Below are positions 30,205 to 40,728 of a stretch of 64,000 nucleotides of DNA, piece after piece. The stretch lies in NCBI GenBank assembly GCA_029227175.1, contig JAQXZK010000137.1:7467-71466 (forward strand), in the 5' to 3' direction. The notes beneath the pieces are model-generated. The model had not been told where the DNA came from and searched no databases. It saw only the letters and a list, made by a program, of their open reading frames with translations. This DNA comes from Bacteroidales bacterium. Its GTDB lineage: Bacteria; Bacteroidota; Bacteroidia; Bacteroidales; Bacteroidaceae. Each line of letters opens with the position of its first letter. The first letter of the stretch is position 1. A program made the position numbers and the translations under genes.

Positions 30205-31047
30205 ACAACATGGATTGGGATAAGCCGGGAAAACCGCTACTCGCCCAACTGCACGCAGAAAGACTCTGCCATCCTGCATCAGACGGCATTACAACTGCAA
30301 AATCTGGGTGCAACGGTACAACTCATGCAGGAGGAAGAGTTCTGCAGAAGTTTCCAAGAGCTTACGTCGGTGGACGGTTGTTTCACCATGGCAAGAAACG
30401 AAAGCACCCTGCAATGCTTGCAGCAGTTGGAAGAACGGGGAGTGACGGTGGTCTATTCCGCCTTCGGAATCCGTCGCTGTGTGCGCAGCACGATGAGCAT
30501 GTTGCTTGAATCTAACGGGATTCCCTATCCAAAAAGCCACCTGATCGAAGCATCCGGGCACATGCCCGAAGACATCGCTTACCCCTGCTGGCTGAAGCGG
30601 GGCGATGGCTGTGCCCAACAGAAGGAAGACACCTGCTACGTGCAGAGTCTGGAGCAGGCAAACGAGGTGTTGCAAGACTTCTGGCGCCGTGGGGTCACCT
30701 CTGTCGTGACGTGTGAGCACATAAAGGGAGACCTTATCAAATTCTACGGTGTACGCGATACGGACTTCTTCTACTGGTTCTACCCATCGGACGTCTTTCA
30801 CTCCAAGTTTGGACTGGAGGTTATCAACGGAGTTCCTAAAGGGCTCCCCTTCAGCGTGGGGCATTTGAAGCAGATCTCAGATGAGGCTGCCCGCGTGCTG
30901 GATGTTCCTGTCTATGGGGGCGATTGCGTGGTGCAAGATGACGGACAAATTCTAATTATCGACTTCAACGACTGGCCAAGCTTTGCGCCCTGCTGCCAGG
31001 ATGCCGCTTACAAGATTGCCGAATTGATTACAAACATATCACAATAA
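30148..31047 (+). CDS. ATP-grasp fold protein of unknown function
   Basis: PCWLKRGDG, EHIKGDLIKFYGV and YGGDCVV..IIDFNDWPSF align with ATP-grasp motifs. Confidence 0.7.
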   Translation: MGYKEDTRKAEAFLRPLEGTTWIGISRENRYSPNCTQKDSAILHQTALQLQNLGATVQLMQEEEFCRSFQELTSVDGCFTMARNESTLQCLQQLEERGVTVVYSAFGIRRCVRSTMSMLLESNGIPYPKSHLIEASGHMPEDIAYPCWLKRGDGCAQQKEDTCYVQSLEQANEVLQDFWRRGVTSVVTCEHIKGDLIKFYGVRDTDFFYWFYPSDVFHSKFGLEVINGVPKGLPFSVGHLKQISDEAARVLDVPVYGGDCVVQDDGQILIIDFNDWPSFAPCCQDAAYKIAELITNISQ

Positions 31048-31053
31048 ACTGCC

Positions 31054-31959
31054 ATGGATGAATTTCAATCTTCCCTTAAATCCACTGATACCGAAGAGAC
31101 CATTGACGTCTATTTCTATCGCCCGATAGGTTATCGCTGGGCTCTGCTCTTTCGCCGCTTGGGTGTGCACCCGAATACGGTGACCATCTTTTCCATTATC
31201 CTGGGCGTATCGGCCGGTATATTATTCTATTTTAATGACATAAAACTGAATCTGGTAGGGATTCTGCTCCTGATGTGGGCCAACATGTACGACAGTGCTG
31301 ACGGACAGTTGGCACGCCTTACGGGACAAAAGACGGCATTGGGGCGAATCCTTGACGGCTTTGCCGGTGATTTGTGGTTCTTCGCTATTTATGTCAGCAT
31401 AGCGCTCCGCTTGACTCCGGAATGGGGAATATGGATTTGGATAACCGTTCTGTTCGACGGTTTTGTCTGTCATGCCCGACAGTGCCAGTTGGCCGATTAT
31501 TATCGGAATATCCACCTCTTCTTTCTCAAGGGAAAGGAGGGAAGCGAGATGGATGACTCGGTGGGTCAACAAGAGAAATACAATAAGCTGGACTGGCGCA
31601 CAGACTTCATTTCTAAGCTGTTTCAGTTCTTTTACGTACGGTATGTACGTGCCCAGGAGGGTATGACCCCAAAGTTCCAGCTCTTCAAAAGGGAAATGCT
31701 CGCCCGATACCCGTCAGCATTGCCTCTCAAGCTGCGCGAGGATTTCCGCGAGGGCAGTCTTCCTTTGATGAAGTATGCCAACTTCCTTACATTCAACTGG
31801 CGTTCTATCCTGCTTGCACTGTCTTTAATCGTAGGAGCTCCATGGATTTACATTGCTGCGGAACTGGTTCTGTTCTCTCTCGTGTTCTTCTATATGAGGG
31901 CCTGTCACGAAGCGTTGTGTGACCGCCTTCTCACCCAATTAGACCAATATGAAAGATAA
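31054..31959 (+). CDS. CDP-alcohol phosphatidyltransferase
   Basis: HPNTVT; DSADGQLARLTGQKTALGRILDGFAGD signature. Confidence 0.93.
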   Translation: MDEFQSSLKSTDTEETIDVYFYRPIGYRWALLFRRLGVHPNTVTIFSIILGVSAGILFYFNDIKLNLVGILLLMWANMYDSADGQLARLTGQKTALGRILDGFAGDLWFFAIYVSIALRLTPEWGIWIWITVLFDGFVCHARQCQLADYYRNIHLFFLKGKEGSEMDDSVGQQEKYNKLDWRTDFISKLFQFFYVRYVRAQEGMTPKFQLFKREMLARYPSALPLKLREDFREGSLPLMKYANFLTFNWRSILLALSLIVGAPWIYIAAELVLFSLVFFYMRACHEALCDRLLTQLDQYER

Positions 31960-32938
31960 ATACCGCAACGGCTTTCTGTTGTTTGGTGTCATAGCCATCG
32001 TAATCATGCTGTGCACCTTCGACATGGATTATACCGACATCTGGCATAGTCTGCGACGGGCCGGTGCCTGGTTCCCGGCCGTGCTGCTGCTGTGGCTGTT
32101 TGTCTACCTCCTGAATACGGCGTCCTGGTATCTGATTATCCATGACGAAGGACATTGCAAAGGACTTGGATTCTGGCGTGTCTTTAAATTGTCTGTCAGT
32201 GGATTTGCCCTCAACTATATGACCCCCTGCGGGTTGATGGGCGGCGAACCGTATCGCATCATGGAACTGACGCCTTATATCGGGGCAAGCAAGGCTACCT
32301 CCTCGGTGATTCTCTATGTCATGATGCACATCTTCTCACACTTCTGGTTCTGGCTTTTCTCGATTCTTCTCTTTATAGTGATTTATCCAGTAAAGCTGCA
32401 AATCGGTATTCTACTTGCGTTGATAACTCTCTTTTGCCTGCTGGCCATTTACTTTTTCGTGCGAGGGTATCGCACCGGAATGGCACTGAAGGCATGTACC
32501 TTACTGACGCATATTCCCGGCATCCGCAAGTGGGCACGGCAGTTTGTGACGGAGAAGGAGAGCTCGTTGCGACAGATTGACGAACAGATTGCCATGCTTC
32601 ATCGCCAGCATCGCCGGACTTTCTACAGTTCCCTGCTGCTGGAGTTCCTGGCTCGTCTGCTCTCCAGCCTGGAGATTTACTTCATTCTCAGAGCCTTCTC
32701 TGCCGGAGTCAGCATTGCAGATTCCGTACTTATTCTGGCTTTCTCGTCGCTCTTCAGCAACATGATTTTCTTCTCTCCAATGCAGTTGGGTGCCCGCGAG
32801 GGCGGGTTGGCCTTAGCCGTGGAGGGACTGAATCTATCCGGAGCATTGGGAGTCTACACGGGACTCATCACCCGTGTGCGTGAACTCTTCTGGGTTGCGG
32901 TTGGTATAATCCTGATACGTTTGGGAAACAGAAAATAA
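31949..32938 (+). CDS. Lysylphosphatidylglycerol-synthase TM-region (flippase-like) protein
   Basis: Multi-TM; NYMTPCGLMGGEPYR; PMQLGAREGG. Confidence 0.85.
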   Translation: MKDKYRNGFLLFGVIAIVIMLCTFDMDYTDIWHSLRRAGAWFPAVLLLWLFVYLLNTASWYLIIHDEGHCKGLGFWRVFKLSVSGFALNYMTPCGLMGGEPYRIMELTPYIGASKATSSVILYVMMHIFSHFWFWLFSILLFIVIYPVKLQIGILLALITLFCLLAIYFFVRGYRTGMALKACTLLTHIPGIRKWARQFVTEKESSLRQIDEQIAMLHRQHRRTFYSSLLLEFLARLLSSLEIYFILRAFSAGVSIADSVLILAFSSLFSNMIFFSPMQLGAREGGLALAVEGLNLSGALGVYTGLITRVRELFWVAVGIILIRLGNRK

Positions 32939-32951
32939 ACTTCAAGGCATT

Positions 32952-33668
32952 ATGGCTATAAAAGGTATTCTTTTTGATTTTGGCGGCACGCTCGACACAA
33001 ACGGCGACCATTGGTCGGAAGTCTTGTGGCGTGGCTATCAGCACTTTGGCATTGCGGTAGAAAAGAAAGACTTCCGGGATGCCTATGTGCATGGTGAACG
33101 TACGCTGGCCACTCACCCGATTGTGACAGCCGATTTCCACTTCGTGGATGTGTTGCGTGCCAAGCTGCGTATTCAGCTGGAATGGCTCTCCGGGCATGGC
33201 TTCCTGCCCGCTCTCGCTACGGACAACGTTGAGACTCTGGCCGATGATATGGCACGCTACGTGGATAGTCTGACGCATGAAACGCTGGCCCACAGCCGCG
33301 AAGTCCTCTCGAGGCTGAAAGCCACCTATCCCTTAGTACTGGTGTCAAATTTCTATGGCAACATACAAACAGTACTGAAAGATGCCGGCTTGGACTCCTG
33401 CTTTAGGCAAGTAATCGAATCGGCGGTGGTTGGGGTCCGCAAGCCCAATCCGGCCATCTTTGCCTTGGGAGTCTGCGCACTCGACCTGCCTGCATCGGAA
33501 GTGCTGGTCGTAGGAGACTCCTATACAAAGGATATTCTCCCTGCTCGCTCCTTGGGTTGCCACACCCTGTGGATTAAGGGACTGCAATGGGAAGACACCC
33601 CGTTTGACGAGACACTAACCGATGGCGTCATCACCCGCCTGGACCATATATTTGACTATCTGAAGTAA
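32952..33668 (+). CDS. HAD-family hydrolase
   Basis: DFGGTLD; LVSNF; RKPNPAIF; VVGDSYTKDI. Confidence 0.92.
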   Translation: MAIKGILFDFGGTLDTNGDHWSEVLWRGYQHFGIAVEKKDFRDAYVHGERTLATHPIVTADFHFVDVLRAKLRIQLEWLSGHGFLPALATDNVETLADDMARYVDSLTHETLAHSREVLSRLKATYPLVLVSNFYGNIQTVLKDAGLDSCFRQVIESAVVGVRKPNPAIFALGVCALDLPASEVLVVGDSYTKDILPARSLGCHTLWIKGLQWEDTPFDETLTDGVITRLDHIFDYLK

Positions 33669-33731
33669 CTCCCCTCACGGCATTCCGTCATACTGATGTC
33701 AGTATAAATCCTTGCTGTCCGGCACATATTA

Positions 33732-34086
33732 GAGTACAGCTGTACTCCACGGAGAGAACTGCAGTCATGGTAAACCCAAATCGGTCATTAGATTTGTGAT
33801 AAAGTAAAAGTTTCTGACATTCCGGAATCCCTTTCAGAAATGGTAAGGTCAAGAGCTATTTTCGACCCGATCGAAAGCATTATTCGACGAGGTCAAAAGC
33901 ATTATTCAATGAGGTCGAATATATGATTCGGTTAGGGTACCTCTACAGGCATGTGTAGCGGGGGTGGAACAAGTTGCAAGCCAAGATGAAAGAATGGTAA
34001 AAATTTCAGACATTCAATGTTTCAAAGAGCTTGCGTATCCCATCGTTCGGATGCCGTTCGAATACCGTTTCAATCCTATTATAACC
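33732..34086. repeat. Mosaic intergenic repeat region (palindrome, 22-bp array, 11-bp array)
   Basis: GAGTACAGCTGTACTC palindrome 33732-47; four 22-bp units 33849-33936; CTACA-N6-TGTAG 33943-58; 11-bp TTnnAA-type units 34043-34086. Confidence 0.75.
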
Positions 34087-34174
34087 CATACGGCAACAGA
34101 ACCTATCAGCACCCTAATGAACGTTTTGGGATAAAAAAACAGGGCAAAGAAGTACATCGTGTGAAAAAACACCA

Positions 34175-34182
34175 TATCTTTG
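34175..34182 (+). promoter_or_regulatory. -7 promoter box for the metK leader
   Basis: TATCTTTG. Confidence 0.7.
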
Positions 34183-34196
34183 CGGCCAAGAAACGA

Positions 34197-34252
34197 CGGG
34201 TGGAAAGATTTGAGTCGCTTGCAACCACCGAAAAAAATGCTAAAACACACTT
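34197..34252 (+). ncRNA. SAM-II-class riboswitch candidate upstream of metK
   Basis: P1 GGTGG/CCACC enclosing GATTT...TTGCAA, followed by AAAT-GCTAAAA: the SAM-II core (UUGC pairing with GC(U)AA); logical downstream gene. Confidence 0.75.
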
Positions 34253-34354
34253 CCTTTCTGCATTTTGAAGCAGGTGTCCCTACTTGCATCGAATCTCCCC
34301 CAAGTTTCTGAACGTAAACTTAACTTATTCACTAACCCAAACGATTGTTTTGTA

Positions 34355-35647
34355 ATGGGATACTTATTTACTTCCGAATCTGTGTCTGAAGGACATCCAG
34401 ACAAAGTTGCCGATCAGATTTCTGATGCGGTATTGGATAAAATCATTGCCTATGACCCACAGGCAAAGGTTGCATGTGAAACACTGGTAACAACAGGTCA
34501 AGTTGTATTAGCTGGCGAAATAAAGACGAAAGCTTATGTAGACCTGCAGCTCATTGCACGCGAAGTCATTGAGAAAATTGGCTACACGAAAGGCGAATAT
34601 ATGTTTGAAAGCAACTCATGTGGTGTACTGAGTGCTATCCACGAGCAAAGCGCAGACATCAATCGAGGCGTGGAACGTGAAGACCCCATCAATCAGGGAG
34701 CGGGCGACCAGGGCATGATGTTCGGCTATGCAACAAATGAAACAGAAAACTACATGCCGCTGTCTCTTTTCCTGGCACACCGGATTCTTGAAGTTCTGGC
34801 CGACATCCGCCGCGAACAGAAAGAAATGACCTATCTTCGTCCTGACTCCAAATCACAGGTCACGATTGAATACAACGATGACAACAAGCCTGTAAGAATA
34901 GATACTATTGTCGTATCTACGCAGCATGATGACTTTATCAAACCGGCCGATGGCAGCAAAGAAGCACAAGAAAAAGCAGACAGCGAAATGCTCAACATCA
35001 TCAGCCGTGACGTACAAGAGATTCTTATTCCGCGCGTAATCCGTTCTATACACAGCGAGAAAGTAATCGGCCTTTTTAATGAAAACATCAAATACCACGT
35101 CAATCCTACCGGAAAATTTGTAATTGGCGGACCTCACGGAGATACCGGTCTGACCGGCCGCAAAATTATCGTCGATACCTATGGTGGTAAAGGCGCGCAT
35201 GGCGGCGGTGCATTCTCGGGCAAAGACCCATCTAAAGTTGACCGAAGCGCAGCATACGCAGCCCGCCATATTGCCAAGAACCTTGTGGCAGCAGGTGTTG
35301 CAGATGAAATGCTTATCCAAATCAGCTATGCAATCGGTGTTGCCGAACCGGTAAGCATCTACGTTAATACCTATGGAACAAGTCACGTCAATCTGTCTGA
35401 TGGAGAAATCGCTGACAAAATCAAGACGCTATTCGACCTCCGTCCTAAAGCGATTGAGGAACGTCTGAAATTGAGAAATCCCATCTACCTCGAAACAGCG
35501 GCTTACGGACACATGGGTAGAGAACCGCAAACAGTAACCAAGAAATATACCTCCCGTTACGAAGGCACAAAAGAAATTGTCGTTGAGCTCTTTACCTGGG
35601 AGAAATTAGATTATGTAGACAAAGTTAAAGAAGCCTTTGGCCTCTGA
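34355..35647 (+). CDS. metK: S-adenosylmethionine synthetase
   Basis: [13 protein letters not shown]; GAGDQG; [16 protein letters not shown]. Confidence 0.98.
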   Translation: MGYLFTSESVSEGHPDKVADQISDAVLDKIIAYDPQAKVACETLVTTGQVVLAGEIKTKAYVDLQLIAREVIEKIGYTKGEYMFESNSCGVLSAIHEQSADINRGVEREDPINQGAGDQGMMFGYATNETENYMPLSLFLAHRILEVLADIRREQKEMTYLRPDSKSQVTIEYNDDNKPVRIDTIVVSTQHDDFIKPADGSKEAQEKADSEMLNIISRDVQEILIPRVIRSIHSEKVIGLFNENIKYHVNPTGKFVIGGPHGDTGLTGRKIIVDTYGGKGAHGGGAFSGKDPSKVDRSAAYAARHIAKNLVAAGVADEMLIQISYAIGVAEPVSIYVNTYGTSHVNLSDGEIADKIKTLFDLRPKAIEERLKLRNPIYLETAAYGHMGREPQTVTKKYTSRYEGTKEIVVELFTWEKLDYVDKVKEAFGL

Positions 35648-35654
35648 CAACGAC

Positions 35655-36245
35655 ATGAACAGTTTAAGGTCTGTAGTGGTTTATTGTGCATCAAGTACAC
35701 AATTAGACCCTGTTTTCACTGAAGCGGCACATGAATTAGGAGTCTTGATTGCCCGGCACCATTTACGTCTTGTAAATGGTGCTGGCAATATGGGACTTAT
35801 GGCAGAAACAGCTGATACCGTATTGGCAAACGGAGGAGAAGTGATTGGTGTCATACCACAGTTTATGGTTGAACAACATTGGGAACACCAAGGATTGACC
35901 GAACTGCGCATCGTAAAAGATATGCACGAGCGCAAACAGACGATGGCATCACTCAGCGATGCGGCCATAGCCTTGCCCGGTGGAGTCGGAACTTTTGAGG
36001 AATTGCTTGAGCTTATCACCTGGAAACAACTGGGGCTCTACCTGCATCCTATTGTCATTCTCAATACTGACGGATACTATGACCCACTGCTTGAGATGTT
36101 TCAAAAGGCTATTGACAAACATTTCATGCGATTACGCCATGCTGACATCTGGAGAGTGGCACAAACACCAGAAGAAGCCATCAGACTCCTGTTTGAAACT
36201 CCGCAATGGGATTCTTCCGTACGTAAATTTGCAAAGATAGAATGA
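35655..36245 (+). CDS. LOG-family (TIGR00730) nucleotide phosphoribohydrolase
   Basis: GAGNMGLM; MHERK; LPGGVGTFEE; NTDGYYDPL. Confidence 0.9.
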   Translation: MNSLRSVVVYCASSTQLDPVFTEAAHELGVLIARHHLRLVNGAGNMGLMAETADTVLANGGEVIGVIPQFMVEQHWEHQGLTELRIVKDMHERKQTMASLSDAAIALPGGVGTFEELLELITWKQLGLYLHPIVILNTDGYYDPLLEMFQKAIDKHFMRLRHADIWRVAQTPEEAIRLLFETPQWDSSVRKFAKIE

Positions 36246-36952
36246 TTCTCACACTATGGAACCTGCCGTTGCAGATTCTGCGACCGTACGCAATGAATAG
36301 AGACAGCTATATTGCATTGATTATCATTACATGCCTTCTCTTTTCAAGCTACATTTACGCCCGAACAAATAAAATCCTTATCCAACTGTTCAAGGATTTC
36401 ATCCTGCATCGCGAACACACCAGCGTTTTACGTAATACCACCACTAACGAGTTAAGGTTTCTCGTTTTGCTCATCGGACAGACATGCGTCCTTGTGGCAA
36501 TATGCTGCTATGCACTTTCTATCTATAACAACCCTGCACTGCTGGACTCAAATAGTTCGCTCGCCCTTATAGGAATATATACCTTATGCAATATCTCATA
36601 CATTGTATTCAAATGGTTCATCTACCACTATATCGGCTATACCTTCTTCGACAAGGAGAAAAGCAGTATCTGGAGTGAGAGTTATTTCACCCTTATCTAC
36701 TATTCCGGCTTCATTCTTTTTCCCATTTGTCTGGTCATCGTATATCTGCAAATCAACGCTACATCCGCCCTCATTCTTTGCCTAATCCCGCTCGTTGTTG
36801 TCAAATTACTGATATTATACAAGGCAATTAAGCTTTTTTGTGTACGATATCTTTACATATTATTATTTATTTTGTACTTTTGCACCCTCGAAATCATGCC
36901 CTTACTTATATTTTGTAAGGGAATTTCAATTTTAAACAAAGTATTGATTTAA
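36242..36952 (+). CDS. DUF4271-like membrane protein (start uncertain)
   Basis: Multi-TM; ILYFCTLEIMP motif; position before hemD. Confidence 0.72.
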   Translation: MILTLWNLPLQILRPYAMNRDSYIALIIITCLLFSSYIYARTNKILIQLFKDFILHREHTSVLRNTTTNELRFLVLLIGQTCVLVAICCYALSIYNNPALLDSNSSLALIGIYTLCNISYIVFKWFIYHYIGYTFFDKEKSSIWSESYFTLIYYSGFILFPICLVIVYLQINATSALILCLIPLVVVKLLILYKAIKLFCVRYLYILLFILYFCTLEIMPLLIFCKGISILNKVLI

Positions 36953-36965
36953 AAATTACATAAAA

Positions 36966-37712
36966 TTGGAAATCAAAAAGATTCTGGTTTCGCAGCCAAA
37001 ACCGACTACAGAAAAATCTCCTTACTTTGACATCGCAAACAAATACAACGTTGAAATCGTTTTCCGACCGTTCATCAAGGTAGAGAGACTGACATCTAAA
37101 GAATTTCGTCAGCAACACATTTCTGTATTGGATCACACAGCCGTAGTCTTTACCTCACGCCATGCCATTGACCACTTCTTCAACCTATGTGCAGACCTTC
37201 GGCTCACCATTCCTGAGACTATGAAATATTTCTGTACCTCAGAAAGCATTGCGTTGTATATCCAGAAATATGTCCAATATCGTAAGCGCAAAGTCTTCTT
37301 TGGAGCAACAGGCAAGATTGAAGACCTTGTTCCCTGTATGGTAAAGCATAAGGTAGAGAACTATCTCATTCCGATGAGTGACGTGCACAATGACGATACC
37401 AAGAACCTTTTAGACAAGCACAAACTACGCCATACCGAATGCGTCATGTACCGTACCGTCAGCAATGACTTTACACCGGAGGAAGCATTTGACTATGACA
37501 TGCTCATTTTCTTCAGTCCGGCCGGAATCGCTTCTTTAAAAAAGAATTTCCCAGACTTTGAACAGAAAAAGATTGCCATTGGTACATTTGGCTCCATCAC
37601 AGCTCAGGCAGCCATCAATGCCGGTCTGCATCTTGACATTCAAGCCCCGAATCCTGAGGCTCCATCAATGACTGCAGCTCTGGAGCAATTCCTAAAGGCA
37701 CAAAAGAAGTAA
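36966..37712 (+). CDS. hemD: Uroporphyrinogen-III synthase (Bacteroidetes type)
   Basis: TTG start; KILVSQPKP..SPYF; FRPFIKVE; YRTVSND; FFSPAG. Confidence 0.85.
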   Translation: MEIKKILVSQPKPTTEKSPYFDIANKYNVEIVFRPFIKVERLTSKEFRQQHISVLDHTAVVFTSRHAIDHFFNLCADLRLTIPETMKYFCTSESIALYIQKYVQYRKRKVFFGATGKIEDLVPCMVKHKVENYLIPMSDVHNDDTKNLLDKHKLRHTECVMYRTVSNDFTPEEAFDYDMLIFFSPAGIASLKKNFPDFEQKKIAIGTFGSITAQAAINAGLHLDIQAPNPEAPSMTAALEQFLKAQKK

Positions 37713-37721
37713 TTCCTATCA

Positions 37722-38114
37722 TTGAACAAATTCCCAAAAACAGAGCATCTTTGTCGCAAAAAGGTGATTGAATCTCTTTTTGCCGGTAAAACATGTTCCT
37801 TCAGTTTGTTCCCCATCAGGGTTGTCTATAAAGAAGCAGGCGACCTTGAAAGTGAAGCGCAGGTTCTTGTCAGTGTCTCAAAAAGACACTTCAAAAGAGC
37901 TGTTAAAAGAAACCATGTCAAAAGACAAATCAGGGAAGCATACAGACTCCAGAAATCACCTTTGATCAATACACTGAAGTCTCAAAATAAGTGTCTCGCC
38001 ATAGCATTTATCTACCTTTCCAACTCTATTTTTGATTCGACTATTATACATCAGCGTGTACACACTGCGATACAGCGCCTCAACGAGAATCTTATACTTT
38101 CTCCCAAAGAATGA
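37722..38114 (+). CDS. rnpA: Ribonuclease P protein component
   Basis: FPKTEHL; [25 protein letters not shown]. Confidence 0.93.
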   Translation: MNKFPKTEHLCRKKVIESLFAGKTCSFSLFPIRVVYKEAGDLESEAQVLVSVSKRHFKRAVKRNHVKRQIREAYRLQKSPLINTLKSQNKCLAIAFIYLSNSIFDSTIIHQRVHTAIQRLNENLILSPKE

Positions 38115-38329
38115 AACTGTTGTCACAACTCCTGCTGATTCCCATTTTCTTCTATCAGAGATTCATTTCTCCCATGTTAGGAAAGAATTGCAGATTCACC
38201 CCGACATGTTCTCAATATGCCGTTGAGGCTATCCGCAAGTACGGTCCTTTTAAAGGTTTATTTCTCGCCATCAAACGAATATTGAGATGTCATCCCTGGG
38301 GAGGAAGTGGTTATGATCCTGTTCCATGA
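38111..38329 (+). CDS. yidD: Membrane protein insertion efficiency factor
   Basis: [34 protein letters not shown]. Confidence 0.96.
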   Translation: MKLLSQLLLIPIFFYQRFISPMLGKNCRFTPTCSQYAVEAIRKYGPFKGLFLAIKRILRCHPWGGSGYDPVP

Positions 38330-38967
38330 TTCCCTTTGTTGACATACACACCCATCACATTCCGGAGGGCAACCCGCAACACATTGTCAGTATCGTCTCG
38401 GTTGACCCGGATGCAACACCTTTAAACCCGGAACTCCGTTATAGCATCGGAATTCACCCCTACAACATTGAAAATAAGGATTTTCAGGTTGTCATCTCCG
38501 AGTCCGAGAAAAAGCAAGTCCTGGCCATCGGTGAATGTGGAATAGACCACCGCGTACCTACTCCTATCGATTTGCAGAAAGGCCTGTTCAAAGCCCATGC
38601 CCGGCTTGCAGAGAAAGTGGGCAAACCGCTAATCATTCATCAAGTCCGCTCTCAGGACGAAATTCTTTCCGCTCATTCAGATATTAGACCTGAAGTGCCT
38701 TGGATTATCCACGGATTCAGAGGCAAAAAAGAACAGGCCATGCAGTTCTTGAAAAAGGGATTCTACCTTTCCTTTGGCGAACACTATAACCCAGCATCCC
38801 TGCTTGCCTGCCCACCCTCACATCTCTTTCTTGAAACAGATGACACCGGGACTGACATACGGCACATCTATGAAAATGCCAGCCAAACGCTGTCAATTCC
38901 CTGCGAACAGTTAAAAAAAATCATTCGGGAAAACTATCACAACGTCTTTTTAAGGACAATTTGTTGA
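38326..38967 (+). CDS. tatD: TatD-family hydrolase
   Basis: DIHTH; GIHP; AIGECGID; IIHGF; LETD. Confidence 0.9.
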   Translation: MIPFVDIHTHHIPEGNPQHIVSIVSVDPDATPLNPELRYSIGIHPYNIENKDFQVVISESEKKQVLAIGECGIDHRVPTPIDLQKGLFKAHARLAEKVGKPLIIHQVRSQDEILSAHSDIRPEVPWIIHGFRGKKEQAMQFLKKGFYLSFGEHYNPASLLACPPSHLFLETDDTGTDIRHIYENASQTLSIPCEQLKKIIRENYHNVFLRTIC

Positions 38968-39050
38968 CACTTAACGTAAAAGAAACTAACTTTGCGTGTC
39001 ATTTTATCAGTATATCATAAATAATTCACTTATATTACATTACTCATTCG

Positions 39051-40346
39051 ATGAATTTTGTTGAAGAATTAAGATGGCGCGGTATGCTTCATACCATGAT
39101 GCCAGGTACGGAAGAACTACTCCAAAAAGAAACCGTTACAGCTTATCTGGGTATTGACCCTACAGCCGACTCACTGCACATCGGACACCTCTGTGGCATT
39201 ATGATGCTTCGCCATTTCCAACGCTGCGGACATAAGCCGCTGGCACTTGTTGGAGGTGCCACAGGTATGATTGGAGATCCCTCCGGCAAGTCACAAGAAA
39301 GAAACCTCCTCGACGAGCAGACACTGCGTCACAACCAAGAATGTATCAAGAAACAGTTAGCAAAATTCCTTGATTTTGAAAGTGATATTCCCAATCGTGC
39401 CGAACTGGTAAACAACTACGACTGGATGAAGGATTTCACTTTCCTCGATTTCGCCCGCGAAGTCGGCAAGCACATTACCGTCAACTATATGATGGCCAAG
39501 GAGTCTGTGCAGAAACGCCTCAACGGTGAGGCCCGCGACGGATTGTCATTTACCGAGTTCACCTACCAGCTCCTTCAAGGATATGATTTCCTCCACCTCT
39601 ACGAAACCAAAAACTGCAAACTGCAGATGGGCGGTAGCGACCAATGGGGAAACATCACAACCGGCTCTGAACTTGTGCGCCGCACCAATGGCGGTGAGGT
39701 GTTTGCACTCACCTGCCCACTCATTACCAAAGCCGACGGCGGAAAGTTCGGTAAGACTGAAAGCGGTAACGTTTGGCTTGACGCACGCTATACGTCACCA
39801 TATAAGTTCTATCAATTCTGGCTCAACGTCAGCGATACGGATGCCGCCAAGTACATCAAGATTTTCACCTCTCTGGAGAAGGAGGAAATAGACTCTCTGA
39901 TTGCCGAACACGAACAGGCTCCACACCTGCGCATCCTCCAGAAGCGCCTGGCCAAAGAAGTCACCATTATGGTACATAGCGTGGCCGACTATGAGGCGTC
40001 TATCGAGGCTTCAAACATCCTCTTCGGCGGTGGAACGGCCGAGGCCTTAAAGAACCTTGACGAACAGACGCTTCTCTCTGTGTTCGAAGGTGTTCCACAT
40101 TTTACGATAAGCCGAGACGTGCTTCAAGGCAAAGGAATCAAGGCCGTAGACCTCTGTACAGAACAGGCTGCCATCTTCCCCTCTAAAGGCGAGATGCGCA
40201 AGCTGACTCAAGGTGGCGGTGTTTCTATCAACAAAGAGAAACTGGCTTCATTCGACCGCCTCATTACCCCGGTAGACCTGCTTGACGACAAGTACCTGCT
40301 TGTTCAGCGTGGCAAGAAGAACTACTACCTTATCACCTTTGCCTGA
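39051..40346 (+). CDS. tyrS: Tyrosine--tRNA ligase
   Basis: [15 protein letters not shown]; [11 protein letters not shown]; KFGKT; S4 domain; -7 box TAACTTTG at 38987-38994. Confidence 0.98.
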   Translation: MNFVEELRWRGMLHTMMPGTEELLQKETVTAYLGIDPTADSLHIGHLCGIMMLRHFQRCGHKPLALVGGATGMIGDPSGKSQERNLLDEQTLRHNQECIKKQLAKFLDFESDIPNRAELVNNYDWMKDFTFLDFAREVGKHITVNYMMAKESVQKRLNGEARDGLSFTEFTYQLLQGYDFLHLYETKNCKLQMGGSDQWGNITTGSELVRRTNGGEVFALTCPLITKADGGKFGKTESGNVWLDARYTSPYKFYQFWLNVSDTDAAKYIKIFTSLEKEEIDSLIAEHEQAPHLRILQKRLAKEVTIMVHSVADYEASIEASNILFGGGTAEALKNLDEQTLLSVFEGVPHFTISRDVLQGKGIKAVDLCTEQAAIFPSKGEMRKLTQGGGVSINKEKLASFDRLITPVDLLDDKYLLVQRGKKNYYLITFA

Positions 40347-40724
40347 ATGAGATTCTTAGGAAACATACTTTGGCTCGTGTGTGGAGGAGCCTGCTCTGCG
40401 GCAGGCTACTTCACCGGTGCCATTGCCTTGTGTCTGACTATTATCGGTATTCCATTCGGCATACAGGTAGCCAAACTCGGTCTGCTCTGCCTTTGGCCAT
40501 TTGGTGCGACAATCAACGTGGGAGACTATCCTCCGGGATGTATCCGCATACCCATGAACCTCATCTGGTTCATCTTCGGCGGCTTTCTATGTGTTTTGTC
40601 TCACCTCCTCTTCTGTATTCTGCTTTGCCTGACCATCATCGGAATCCCATTTGGGAAACAGCACTTCAAGATGGCCGAACTGGCATTAGCTCCATTTGGA
40701 AGAGATATCCACATAAACTTCTAA
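40347..40724 (+). CDS. YccF-domain inner membrane protein
   Basis: Two repeats of N(I/L)(L/I)W..GG..TIIGIPFG..LxPFG. Confidence 0.9.
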   Translation: MRFLGNILWLVCGGACSAAGYFTGAIALCLTIIGIPFGIQVAKLGLLCLWPFGATINVGDYPPGCIRIPMNLIWFIFGGFLCVLSHLLFCILLCLTIIGIPFGKQHFKMAELALAPFGRDIHINF

Positions 40725-40728
40725 CCCC

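Noticed and set aside
34014-34289. Short ORFs on both strands upstream of metK, and 16694..16909
   Set aside because: They run through repeats, the promoter or the riboswitch and have no protein-like features.
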